From assembly GCA_043228905.1 (NCBI GenBank), contig JBHGNT010000008.1, forward strand, positions 13,764,001-13,828,000: a stretch of 64,000 bases of DNA, read 5' to 3'. Both the position numbers and the translations under genes were made by a program. This stretch comes from Azolla caroliniana. Lineage: Eukaryota; Plantae; Polypodiophyta. Position 1 is the stretch's first letter. The number at the start of each line of letters is the position of its first letter. Below the pieces are notes generated by a model. That model was given only the letters and a program-made list of their open reading frames with translations. It did no database searches and had not been told where the DNA came from. Positions 12,914 through 25,484 of the stretch are shown piece after piece.

Positions 12914-13699
12914 GCACAAAGAAACGTTATATTTCTCAATAACAACAGTTACAAAAATTTCATAGTTCTCTCCTCAAACCCTATCAAAACTACACCATCC
13001 CAGGTCGTATTAAACAACCTCCACCCTCGATCGAACTTGAAGATGGACTTGAGTACGAGGTTGCCTCCATCCTCGATTCCAACATTGTTCGCAACAAGCT
13101 CTACTATTTAGTGGATTGGCTAGGATACAATCCCAACGAGCGTACTTTAGAGAGTGTGAGCAATGCTCGTGCTCTTCTTGAAGACTTCCATCTTCAATAT
13201 CTAGATAAATCGGGTCCTCAATCCAAAACAACTCGTGACACTCGTTGTTTTAAAGGGGGGATAGTGTCCTGATATGGCAAGAATCGAACCCATAACCTTA
13301 TGTTACATGGGTCGAGCTCTTGACCATTAAACTATATAATGTAATACAAAAAATATTATTTTCATTTACGTTTTAGTATAGAAAATTGATGTATATTCCA
13401 GATTTCTCTGGAAACTTTAGGAGTACTCCTGAAGACACTATAAAAGGAGGCACAAGGCATTATTTCGAACCAAATCGGTTCAACGCCAGTCTTAAGCCTC
13501 TTAGCTACTATTGTATATTCTCTTAACATAATATATATCTTTTGTTATCATCATTCTCTCTCTCTCTCTCTCTCACTCACTCTTTCCTTCTCTCAAGAGT
13601 TCTACACCTCCCTTAGTACTAATCCTCATCTTTTAGTACTAACTCCTTCTCTATCTTAGTACTGTTCTTGCCACTATGTGCGGATCATGAGGCAGAACC

Positions 13700-14335
13700 G
13701 CCGGGGTTATGGACGGGAAGGAAATAGGGCTCACACGCACAACACAAGGAAGGCTGACACAAACAAGGCACGAGTATTCGAACGTGTTTGTGAAAAGGAG
13801 AGATGCATGGGCAAGCCTGAATCAACCTCTAGTCACAAGGCGAACGAATGCACACGAGGAAGGCTTACACACAGACACACAAGGAAGGCTTACACAAACA
13901 AGGCACGAGTATTCGAACGTGTTTGTGAAAAGGAGAGGTGCATGGGCAAGCCCAAATCAACCCCTAGTCACAAAGCAAATGAATGCACGTGAGGAAGGCT
14001 TACACACAGACACACGAGGAAAGCTTACTTACACACACGAGAGACAAAGTTGTGAATGCTTTTGTGAAAAGAGAGGTGCATGGGCAACCCCGAACGCTCC
14101 CTTGTTACAAGACATGCAAACACACAAGCAATGTTTACACACGGGAGATACAATTTCGAACGCCTTTGTGAAAGGAGAGGTGCATGGGCAAGCCCGAACG
14201 CTCCCTTGCCACAAGTCGCACGAACACACAAGCAAGATTTACACTAACACGCAAGACACGAAAGTTTGAATGCCTTTGTGAAAGGAGAGGTGCATAGGCA
14301 AGCCCGAAACGCTCCCTTGTCACTAGGCACACAAA
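13700..14335. repeat. Degenerate tandem repeat array (~110-130 bp units)
   Basis: TTTGTGAAA(A)GGAGAGGTGCATGGGCAAGCCC recurs about five times (~13788, 13922, 14061, 14165, 14275). Confidence 0.85.
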
Positions 14336-15097
14336 GAAATAAGCAAAAATGATGATAACATATAAGATACGTAGGTGAAACCAAACATTATTTTATTGCA
14401 ATATAATAGATTCTTTTATAAAATAAGAATGAATTTTACAACGGGTTTGATATGAATATGAGAGATAATTTACAAAGGAAGGGGGAAGAGAGGTGGAGGA
14501 AAGAAGAGAGTGGAATATAGAAGAAGGTGATTCTTTGTTAGTGATGCCTCTCGATGTTGTTGATCCTTCTTCTTTTGCCTTCCAATTGAGTAGAGCTTCC
14601 ACGTTCCTTCTCCCTCCCCCCATTCTTCACTAGAATAGGCTCTTATTTATAGGTTTATGATTGCTTGCCTTTTTCCCCTAAACAAAATCTTGTCAATATG
14701 AGTCGACTTTTCTTTTCCTCACTATTTCTGTTTTCTAGCCCCAAATTTTATATGCAAGATATTCTTGGAAAGCTCTTTCGGTTAGCTTTCTTATGAATCT
14801 TTTCTTTTCTAATTTGGACATCTGACGAGGAAATGTTGAGCTTTTTTCTCTACTGTTTTCTCCCCATCTTTTTCTCTACTTTTGTCTACTTTTGAAATTT
14901 GCCTCTAACTTAATATTCATCATTATTTATAGTAAGATTCAATCCCTTGACCTTTTATTTATAAGTAATTATCTTTGGAAAATGAAAAAGTATTTTTGCT
15001 ACCAATAAAGTTGACTTCACAATACTAGTTTATTTGAACTACTATTTTACTTCTTTTCAAGGGTGGTTTCACACTATGTGTTAGAAACATCCCGACA
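14335..15097 (-). repeat. LTR fragment (same family as 60850-61152)
   Basis: Ends in GGGTGGTTTCACACTATGTGTTAGAAACATCCCGACA, and a near-identical end occurs at ~61116-61152. Minus-strand TATA near 14645. Confidence 0.7.
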
Positions 15098-15651
15098 CAG
15101 TTCAACTCAGTGTTCTTTGGTACTGTGTATTCGATTCAAATACCTTGAGCCTTGCAATAGTCTTTGAACTTCCCTTTATATTTGCCGCCATTGTCGGTTC
15201 AGATAGCCTTCAACTTCTGACTCGACTCTCGCCCGATCCTTGCCTGCAACTCCTTGAACATTAACAGTACTTGATCCTTCGACTTCAGTACGAAAGCCCA
15301 TGTCTTCGGATTATAGTCGTCAATAAACGTTACGAAGTACAACCCACCTCGATGTGATGGAGTATCTATATAACACACATCTAGGTGCACTAGTTCCAGT
15401 GCAACTTCTCCTCCTCTTGGTGGTCTTGTGTGGAATGCTGCTCTATTATGCTTTCTGACTAAGCAGTCAGCACACTTCTCCAAGTGTACTCCTTTCACTT
15501 CTCGGAGAAGTTCTTGGTCTGCTAGCAGATGCATTCCCTTCTCACTCATGTGGCCTAGCCTCTTATGCCATCACTCTCCATTTGAGTCGACTGCCACATT
15601 AACTTCCGACTTCCACACTCGAGCATGCATAATATACAATGTGCCCTCTTT

Positions 15652-16135
15652 TATCACGAACACACCAACCATGGACTACGACGGAGCAGGGATGATGGGG
15701 CTACGAGCGATAAGTGGAACCAGAAGTGATGAGGTTAGAAACTCTAGAAATTATGAGCGACATAAGAGCATGAAGATAGAGATGAAGGAGACAAGATGGG
15801 GTGAAACGAGAATATTAGATTGATGTGTCAATGACTGGCGTTGAATCCCTTGAAAGGGACCAAGGATGTTACAAGTATTTATACAATTTCCCAGATTGAA
15901 TATCTCTAGAATATACTCGAGAAATATCTAGAGAATATACCTGTTTAGAATATACCATAGAATAATTCTAGAATATACTAACAACTAGAGTATGCTTGAA
16001 TGTACTATACACTAGACTCTACAATATATACAAGTTCACAATCAAATGTGGACAGTTCACAAGAGTTTCCATATGGTTAACACAACACAATGTACTATGT
16101 GTTAAAAGCCAGAGGTTCGAGTCTAGAATGTGGCA
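15652..16135 (-). mobile_element. Solo LTR related to the chromovirus LTRs, inserted in copia pol
   Basis: TA(TG)..CA ends, near-TSD TCTTT/TTTTT, copia coding sequence resumes on both sides. Shares GACTGGCGTTGAA and a terminal B-box (GGTTCGAGTC) with the chromovirus LTRs. Confidence 0.7.
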
Positions 16136-17316
16136 TTTTTCTATGCTCGGGCCACTATGAGGTTTCCACTTGTAAGCCGAGAAGCACTCTCTCGACGGAG
16201 TTATATGGAAAGATGCACTCGAGTCGATTACCCAAGTGCACTCTTCACTTGCAAGATTTGTGTTTGCATGAACAAGACCTCTTCTCCACTTGTAGCTACG
16301 ACTGATGTGCCCTTTTTATCAGGAATCTTGCTAGGTTCGACATTGTTACCGACACCTTTGTTCTTCTTGAGATGTCGGCAGTTCTTTTGGAAGTGTCCAA
16401 GCTTTCCACAATAGAAGCATGTTAGCTTACCTCTGGACTTGGATCGAGCATGCGATTTATCCCTCCTTTGTGGACTTCTTTGTATGTTCCTTCCTCTACC
16501 GATATGTTGAGTCAAGTTTGACTCCGGCCGGGACAGGACACCATTGTCCTTCCTTCTTGTCTCCTCATTAAAGATGCTTGTCTTTACCACTTGTAGAGAC
16601 AAGTTCTCTTCTTGATATGAGGTGCTGAGAGTCAGCACAAGATTCTCCCAGTTGTCTGGTAGGGTACGCAGAAGCAAGATGGCTTGCATTGCATCCTCAA
16701 AGGGAAACTTGGTTGTAGCAAGTTGGTTCACATACCCCATGAATGTGCTTACATGCTCGACTATGCTTTCCTCGTCCCTGTACTTCAGCCTCACAATCTT
16801 TCTCATCAAGGATGTTTTGTTCAAGGCATTCTTCCTCTCATATACACCTGACAACTTCTGCCACATCTCGTCGGCATTTGTGTCGTTTTCCACATGCTAA
16901 AGGACACTTACATGGACACACTGTTTGATGTTGGCCAAAGCCTTCCTATTTAGGAGTTTCCATTCAAACTCTAATACCCCCTTGGGTATTTATGCTCTGT
17001 CAATGGGCTCGTACAAGTCTTTGACTATGAGAAGGTCTTCCATCTTTGTCTTCCAGGCTGCATAGTTCTGAGAGTTTAGAACTATCATACCCGGGAAGCC
17101 ACTCACACCTCCTTCCATGCTTGCCTCTCAAGCTCTAATTCCAGTTTGATGCGTTTCGATCGCTATGATTCGTGACGAAGACCGATTGTGAAAAACACAA
17201 TAACATGGAAGCAGAAAACAACATACGAACAAGATGCACACAATTTTACGTGGAAACCCTAAACAGGGTAAAACCACGGGAACAGACATTCCACTATATA
17301 ATGGAGAATACAATAT

Positions 17317-18330
17317 AAGATCAGAATACAACACTCTTCTCGCAGAGTGTATCAGCCACGCAGGGCTCTTGGTGTCTAACCTCACTTGGCTATGGCGTCG
17401 CTCTCTCTCTTGCATGATCTGTCTTCTCGTTGTAACTCTCTCTATAGGAACTCTACACTCTGCTCAAGCATAAAGCTTTGCCCTAAGTGTATTTATACTT
17501 ATACACTAAATGGGCTATTTACAAATGTAGCCTCTACTACGCTCATTACTATTATTATACTAATATGAGATCAAAATACAACTCCAAGACTTGTAATAAG
17601 GATTCGAACTTTGAAGAGGTCATGGGTTCGAATCCTTATTACAAGTCTTGGAGTTTTGGTGAGGTCATGTGTTCGAATCCTTATTACAAGTCTTGGATTT
17701 TTTATATATGTTCATGACATTATTACAAGTCGTGGAGTTTTGGTATATGTTCAAATCCTTATTACAAGTCTTTGAAGAGGTCATGGGTTCGAATCCTTAT
17801 TACAAGTCTTGGAGTTTTGGTATATGTTCATGACAATAACACTCTTCTCATAGAGTGTATTAGCCACGCAAGGCTCTTGGTGTCTAACCTCACTTGGCTA
17901 TGGCGTCGCTCTCTCTCTTGCCCGATTTGTCTTCTCGTTGTAACTCTCTCTACAAGAACTCTACACTCTGCTCATGCATAAACCTTTGCCCTAAGTGTAT
18001 TTATACTTATACACTAAATGGACTATTTACAAATGTAGCCTCTACTATGCTCATTCCTATTATTATACTAATATGAGATCAGAATACAACACTCTTCTCG
18101 CAGAGTGTATCAGCCACGTAGGGCTCTTGGTGTCTAACCTCACTTGGCTATGGCGCCGCTCTCTCTCTCTCTCTTGCCTGCTTTGTCTTCTCTTTGTAAC
18201 TCTCTCTATAGGAACTCTACACTCTGCTCATGCATAAAGCTTTGCCCTAAGTGTATTTATACTTATACACTAAATGGGCTATTTACAAATGTAGCCTCTA
18301 CTATGCTCATTCCTATTATTATACTAATAA
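17317..18330. repeat. Triplicated ~250-bp segment inside the copia LTR
   Basis: AACACTCTTCTCGCAGAGTGTATCAGCCACG...ATTATACTAAT occurs three times (~17330, 17838, 18088). Confidence 0.9.
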
Positions 18331-18945
18331 CAATATTAGTCAATCAATCAACTGGTCGACTAGCTGACTCCAGTGTTGATTCTCTAGTCGGCCCGACTAG
18401 TTGTTATTTTCGTCGACCATCCAGTTGGCCCAACTAATCGGTCGTGTCTTCGACTTGGATGACCTATTGAACTATCGTCTCTCCACGCCGACTCCTCTTT
18501 GTCATCGATTGTCGGCACTCAGTTCGACCAATCGTCTCCTCCCATAGGACGGACATACTCCTAACACATTTTGCACATTTTTGAAGATGCTTCATCGGAA
18601 ATTTTTTGTTCGTTTGACCGTGAAAGGCAATATCTCACAAGCATGCCATGTGTTGGTTGGGCAGGACGACCAAACTATTAAAGGGTCGAAGGGAGAAGCA
18701 CAAGTCGTAACCTATACAAGTGGAGCCGGACAGGTGTGGAGCCAGTCAAGAGCCGAAGAGGAAAAGTAACACATGTAAATAATTAGTTATAGAGTTGCAA
18801 CGGTTTCGATAAAGAGTAGTAACAATTTTACTGTCTTGTTGTAATTTATCTATGCTTCCTATAAAAAGGGGCATGTGGCCTTGTAAAAGGTGGTTGGTCT
18901 GCATAGGATTAGTCATCATAATACAAATCTTATTTGCGTAAACTC

Positions 18946-21900
18946 TATTAGGAAATAGGTCCCTCCGGATGGGAAGTGAGAAGACCCGGTGAGAACCGGA
19001 TGTGGAATACCCGGCAACGAAAGACCCGGTGAGAATCGGATGTGGAGTACCCGACAACGGAAGACCCGGTGAGAACCGGATGTGGAGTACCCAACAAGGA
19101 AGACACGGTGAGAACCGGATGACGAGTGCCCGGCAAGAGCTGGATGGAGAAGACCCGGTGAGAACCGGATGATGAATGCCCGACAAGAGCCGGATGGTGA
19201 AGGCCCGGTGAGAACCGGATGACGAGTGCCCGACAAGAGTCGGATGATGCAGGCCCGGTGAGGAGTGCTCATCGGATGAAGGGACATATTCGTAAATATG
19301 TTTCTGAGAGTCCATTGGGGCTATATTTGTAAATAGCCGAAAAGTCATATTAGTATAAATATGACTTAGGGCAAACTTAGTGTGTTGTAGTTGTCATTCT
19401 TGTTGGTGCAAGATTTGAGTGCAACCGTGTACAGAGAGAGAGAGAGAGAGAGACGAAGAGGACGTTGTCTCTGTTGTAACCGCCACTTGTGGCGAAGACA
19501 ATGAACAAGAGGTCGTTGCCTCTGTGTTCATCTATTGTATATTGTAACATAGTGATAGTTTGCAGTCTGTGGACTGCTGTGGTTTTTCCCGTGTTTGGGT
19601 TTTCCACGCAAACATCCTGTGTACTCTTCTCTTTACTGTATCGTGCGTACATTACCCGTTTTTCTGTTTTTGATCCTACACTCGGTTGTGGCCGAGCGTT
19701 GTTTTTTGGGAGCGTGTAGTCCTGTCAAAGTGGTATCAGAGCAAAACGACACAGAAAATGGACGAATCGTTGGGAGGCATGTTCAAGCTCACTGGCTCCA
19801 ATTACTCAGTGTGGAAGTCGAAGATGAGGGACATGCTCGTGGTTAAAGATCTTTGGTTGCCGGTTCAGTTCGGGGACAAGAGACCGGACAAAATCGATGT
19901 CACGATATGGGAGGTGATGCACATGAAGACAACGGCATACATACGGTGCTTCATCGACATGAGTCTATACAACAACTTCAATGAAGAGAGCAAGGCTCAT
20001 GAGCTCTGGGAGAAGATCGGCATTATGTTTCAAAACAAATATGTTGTTAATCAGGTTTTGGTATTTCGGAAGCTAGTAAGACTCTGGTACCAAGATGGCT
20101 CCAACATGGCGGAGCACATGAATGCCTTCCAGGAGCTGATCCACCAGGCAACATCATTGGAAGTACCTCTCGCCAATGAGGTACTAGCACTACTCCTGCT
20201 CGGTTCCCTCCCAGATAGTTGGGAGACGTTGGTTGTCACTTTGGGCAACGTCGGGCCGGAAGGAAAACGGTTATCCCTAGCAACAGTGAAATCGAGCTTG
20301 CTAGATGAGGAGGCGCATCGAAAAGATAAGGATATGAGCTCCGACTCCAAAGAACTCCTTACCGAATTAGAACGATCAAAGTCAAGGGGGAGGCCTACTT
20401 GCTTCTATTGCGGCAAGCCCGGACAGTTCCAAAAGAACTGTCGGTACTTCTGAAAAGACAAGGAAACCGATGGTACCGATTCGAAGCGGACACTGGACCG
20501 AAACGGTAAAGATCGGAGGGGGCCGGACCGGAAGGGAATGACGGCAATCGCGGCAAGTGAAGAAGAGTTGATGCTCATCACCGAGGAGAGTGAGCTAAAC
20601 CTTGCCAGCGACGAGATGACCTAGGTGGTCGATTCCGGAGCGTCGTTCCACCTTACCCCGGACCGGAAATGCTTCTCATCCTACACAATCGGTGATCACG
20701 GTTGTGTCTGGATGGGGAATGAAGGTACATGCCGAATTGTCGGCAGACAACACCAACCGGATGCAAGATGTTGCTGAAAGATGTTTGGCACGTTCCGGAG
20801 GTTCTTCTGAACCTGATATCAGTCGGTCGGCTAGATGATGAAGGCTACACGGGTAGCATCCGGAACGGTGTTATGAAGTTCAGCAAAGGGAGCCTGATTG
20901 TGGCTCGGGAGCGGAAAGTCAACACGTTGTACCTAATGAATGTCCGGTTATGTTTGGAAGAAGTGAACGTGGCTTCCGACATTGCCGGTGAGTTGTGGCA
21001 CAAGAGGCTGTGTCACATGAGCGAGAAGGGGATGAAGAGGCTTGCAGACGACAACCTCATTCCAGTGAAGAACGTGCACTTGGAGAAGTGCACTGATTCT
21101 CTGGCCGGTAAACAAAACCGGACCTCCTTCTGATCGAGGCCACCGATGAAACGCAATGCACCACTGGAGTTGGTGCATACTGATGTGTGTCAAGTGGACA
21201 CGAAGTCATATGCAGGATCGCAGTACTTCGTGACGTTCATAGATGACCACAGCTAGAAGCTGTGGGCCACACTGTTGAAGAAGAAGGATCAGGTGCTATC
21301 CGTCTTCAAAGAGCTCCACTCGAGAGTGGAAAGCGAAACCGGCCGAAAGCTGAAGGCAGTTCGAGCAGATAACAAAGGTGAATACCGGGGGCAGTTCGAG
21401 GAGTACTATTGCTCGAAGGGAATCCGGCTCGAATTTACCGTGCCGAAGACACCGGAACTAAACAGGCTGGCCGAGAGGATGAACCGGACCATAATGGAGA
21501 GGGTCCGGAGTATGCTGGCGCATGCAAAATTACCCAAGAAGTTTTGGGTTGAGGCACTGTCGACGACGACATATGTGATAAACAGATCACCCTCAGTACC
21601 CTTGGACGAAGACACGCCACAGAGAGTCTGGACCGGTAAGGAAGTGTCCTACCGGCATCTGAAGGTATTCGGGTGTCTCGCATACATGCATGTTGCTAAG
21701 AACCGGAGAGGAAAGTTGGATCCAAAGACCCGGCCATGCATATTCCTCGGACACGGCAATGATGAGTTCGGCTACCGAGTGTGGGACCCGGTTGACAAGA
21801 AGGTATTCCGGAGTCGAGATATTATCTTCATGGAGGACAAGACGCTCGCCGACTAGGAGTCGGAGAAGAAGATAATGAACTCCGAGTCGACCGGTAAGGA

Positions 21901-23479
21901 TCGATTCTAAGATAAGCAAACACAACCGGCAAGAGACCGGTTAGCACTCGATGAACCGGCCGGTGACGATAAGGAGACAAGACATGCCAAAGAAGAAAGA
22001 ATAGGTGAAACCAGAATCGGCCAAGATCCCGAATCGGATTCGGATGAAGAACAAATAGTGGAGCCGGTTGCCGAAGGTCAAAGACGGAGATATCCTCTCA
22101 GAGAGAGAAGGCCCCCCCGAAGATTTCCGGATGCAGAGCATGTGCTGCTGACCGATGAGGGAGAGCCGGAAAGCTTCGAAAAAGCGAAGGAAGACACCCA
22201 CAACCGCAAATGGTTAAGTGCCATGCAGGATGAGATGGATTCCCTGCATGAGAACCATATGTACGAATTGGAGTTGCCGAAAGGAAAGCGGGCACTCCGA
22301 AACAAGTGGGTGTACAAGTTGAAACCGGGAGATGCCGGCAACCCCCCAAGATACAAAGCCAGGATCGTGGTGAAGGGGTTCCAACAGAAGAAGGGCGTGA
22401 ACTTCGATGAGATATTTGCCCCGGTAGTAAAGATGACCTCCATCCGGATGGTGCTGAGTATAGCGGCAAGCATGGACCTCGAGGTAGAGCAGCTGGACGT
22501 GAAGACGGCATTCCTTGACGGTGACCTCGAAGAGGAGATCTACATGCAACAACCGGAAGGATTCGTGGAGAAACGGAAGGAGCACCTAGTTTTCCGGTTG
22601 AAGAAGAGCCTCTACGGGTTGAAGCAGGCCCCCCGACAATGGTACCGGAAGTTCGACTGCGTGTTTGTGAAGAAGTTCGACTGCGTGTCGGAAGCGGATC
22701 GGACTAGTAAGACATCCCATGCCGGAGTGAAGGGGAGTTTGTTAGGAAACAGGTCCCTCCGAATGAGAAGTAAGAAGACCCGGTGAGAACCGGATGTCGA
22801 GTACCCGGCAACGGAAGATCCGGTGAGAACTGGATGTCGAGTACCCGGCAAGGAAGACTTGGTGAGAACCGGATGACAAGTGCCCGGCAAGAGCTGGATG
22901 GTGAAGACCCGGTGAGAACTGGATGACGAGTGCCCTGCAAGAGCCGGATGGTGAAGGCCCAGTGAGAACCGGATGACGAGTGCCCGACAAGAGTCAGATG
23001 ATGCAGGCCCGGTGAGGAGTGCTCACCGGATGAAGGGACATATTCGTAAATATGTTTCTGAGAGTCTATTGGGGCTATATTTGTAAATAGCCGAAAAGTC
23101 ATATTAGTATAAATATGACTTAGGGCAAACTTAGTGTGTTCTAGTTGTCATTCTTGTTGGTGCAAGATTTGGGTGCAACCATGTACAGAGAGAGAGAGTG
23201 AGAGACGAAGAGGATGTTGTCTCTGTTGTAACTGCTGCCTGTAGCGAAGACAGTGAACAAGAGATCGTTGCCTCTGTGTTCATCTATTGTATATTGTAAC
23301 ATAGTGATAGTTTGCAGTCTGTGGACTGCCGTGGTTTTTCCCGTGTTTGGGTTTTCCACGTAAACATCCTGTGTACTCTTCTCTTTACTGTGTCGTGCAT
23401 ACATTACCTGTTTTTCTGTGTTTGATCCTAGACTCGGTTGTGGCCGAGCATTGTTTTTCGGGAGCGTGCAGTCCTGTCA
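18946..23479 (+). mobile_element. Ty1/copia element with internal RT/RNase H deletion
   Basis: LTRs 18946-19727 and 22740-23479, TSD AACTC, PBS TGGTATCAGAGC 19731-19742, PPT 22725-22739. Gag (~19758-20453), PR (DSGASFH), IN and the RT N-terminus are present with stops. Confidence 0.95.
18975..19280 (+). repeat. ~41-bp tandem repeats in the copia LTR U3 (also 22770-23035)
   Basis: GACCCGGTGAGAACCGGATG repeats about seven times in the 5' LTR and about six times in the 3' LTR. Confidence 0.9.
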
Positions 23480-24288
23480 AACTCTGCATCTATGTTCTAA
23501 GTTCTTTTTTTATCTATATTGTGTATGTGTAAAGTCGATCAGTTGTATCCGACTCGGATCGAGTTCAGAGTGTGTTTAAATAGCCGAACAGGTACATTAT
23601 GTGTGATCGTACCTTTTAACTAACTCTATGCTAAGGTGCATTGTCCACTATGCAACCGTTTAGTGTCTAGCATCCTTCCAACCACAAGGCCTTGATTAGG
23701 GTACTTAGTGAGTAAGTATCTGACCCGTGTTACTTGAAACTAATAACACTCTGTCTGGAAATCTATAGGGGGCTCTCCTTCTCCTCAAGGGATACCTTCT
23801 TCCATCAATAGCCGGCTCTGGTTCTGCCGGCTATTCATCCAAGTCTGATCGGGCCTCATCGGTTGACAAAAGGCTATGTGTCATTATATGGCTCCAAAAG
23901 GATTCGAACCCATGACCTTGTGTTACATGGGTTAAATCTTTACCATTAAACCATGCATTGTAATATAAAAAGTATTGTTTTCATTTATTATTTCACCATA
24001 GGAAATTCATGTATATTATAGATTACTCTGGAACATTCTAGAAACTTCAGGTGTACTCTTGAGATTACTATAAATAGAGGCACATGGCATTATTCAGAAC
24101 CAATTCGGTTCAAACTATCAAAGATAGTACTAGAGAGAAGGAGAATTAGTACTAGAGATAGAGAAGAAGAATGAGGATCAATACTAAGAAGGGGAAAAGT
24201 ATGTGGAGACTCACGAAAGACGGAGAGGGAGAGAGGGAGAGAGGGAGAGAGAGAGAGAGAGAGAATGACGATAACATGTGGTATATTA

Positions 24289-24707
24289 TGATAGGAATAT
24301 GTCCCTCCAGTGGGAGGAGCCGACTATTCGGGCCAAGCACCAATGGTTGAAGAGTCGACTACAAGGAAATCGATTGTGAGAGTTGACTGGGTGAGCCAAC
24401 AAAAAGGAGATCCAAGTCGAAGATGCAACCAACTAGTCGGGCTGACCATATGGTCGATGACCAGGCCGACTAATCGACCAGGTCGACTAGTCAGACCGGC
24501 TGGAAGTTGATCCTAGAGTTGGCTGATAGCTACTTATTATTATTATAGATAATAATAGTAGTGATGTATAGTAGGGGCTACATTTGCAAATAGCAAATAC
24601 TGTGTATTAGTATAAATACACCTAGGGAAAACATTATAGTTGTGGCATAGTGAGAACAGTCGGTGATCCTCTGTTGTAGTGAGTGATAGAAAAGAGTGTG
24701 AACGAGA

Positions 24708-24750
<43 letters not shown>

Positions 24751-24994
24751 TGCCATAATTGTGTTCTATAACAACATACGCCAAGGGCCCTATGCGGCTG
24801 ATGCACTTGGTGTGAAGAGTGTTGTACTCTAATCTCGTCATTGTATATCCACTGTATAGTGAAACTCCATTCTCCTTGGTTTTCTCCCGTTTTAGGATTT
24901 CCACATCAAATCTGTGTACACTATTTTTCTATGTTTCCGAACTGTGTATTTTCAGCGCATCCCCTCTTGTGGATTGACGATTCGTTTCTCAACA
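24289..24994 (+). mobile_element. Copia-type solo LTR
   Basis: TG..CA ends with a perfect TATTA TSD (24284-24288, 24995-24999). Its start resembles the LTR at 17147-18566. Confidence 0.88.
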
Positions 24995-25428
24995 TATTAT
25001 ATGAAGAGAAGATACAAGAGTAGCTAGGAGGCTTACGATTGGCGTTGAACCGAATTGATTCTGAATAATGCCATGTGCTTCTATTTATAGTACTCTCAGG
25101 AGTACTCCTGAAGTTTCTAGAATGTTCAAGAGTAATTTGGAATATACATGAATTTCCTATGGTGAAATAATAAATGAAAATAATATCTTTTGTATTACAA
25201 TGCATGGTTTATTATTTTCATTTATTATTTCACCATAGGAAATTCATGTATATTCCAGATTACTCTAGAACATTCTAGAAACTTCAAGAGTACTCCTGAG
25301 AATACTATAAATAGAGGCACATGGCATTAATTCAGAACCAATTTAGTTCAACGCCAGTCTTAAGCCTCCTAGCTACTCTTGTATCTTCTCTTCATATAAT
25401 ATACCACTTGTTATCATCATTCTCTTCT

Positions 25429-25459
<31 letters not shown>

Positions 25460-25484
25460 CTTCTCTCATGAATCTCCACACACT

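Larger units (their letters stand above)
8264..12957 (-). mobile_element. Near full-length two-ORF APE-type LINE (RTEX-like by inference)
   Basis: 8-bp TSD TTTCATAG at 8256-8263 and 12958-12965, (ATCT)n 3' tail, (CT)n in the 5' UTR, ORF1 plus APE-RT ORF2 with a C-terminal CxxC...HxxxxC motif. Confidence 0.93.
3378..13673 (+). mobile_element. Decayed Tcn1/Tf1-sushi-like Ty3/gypsy chromovirus (copy 1), interrupted by a LINE
   Basis: 5' LTR ~3378-3810 (5'-truncated), PBS 3813-3824, gag/PR/RT/RH/IN fragments, chromodomain remnant ~13050-13200, PPT AAAGGGGGGATAG 13252-13264, 3' LTR 13265-13673. Confidence 0.93.
15098..18566 (-). mobile_element. 3'-truncated decayed Ty1/copia element
   Basis: 5' LTR 17147-18566 (TG..CA), degenerate Met PBS at ~17131-17143, gag 16228-17060 (CFYCGKLGHFQKNC), GAG-pre-integrase and integrase N-terminus (LELVHLDVC, FVTFIDD) at 15100-15650. 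Confidence 0.9.
18567..23748 (+). repeat. LTR-like fragment (18567-18945 + 23485-23748) split by a copia insertion
   Basis: TATA-like CTATAAAAAGGGG at ~18859. The sequence resumes after the AACTC TSD and ends in ...TAATAACA at 23748, adjacent to copia coding sequence. Confidence 0.5.

Noticed and set aside
13678-14332. Overlapping ORFs of 60-186 aa
   Set aside because: They translate a tandem repeat and show no coding signature.
18975-19280. Regularly spaced repeats resembling a CRISPR array
   Set aside because: The spacers are homologous to each other, the array sits in both LTRs of a copia element, and there are no cas genes.
18746-19348. ORFs with repeated peptides (also 22612-23102)
   Set aside because: Antisense translations of the 41-bp LTR tandem repeats, not genes.
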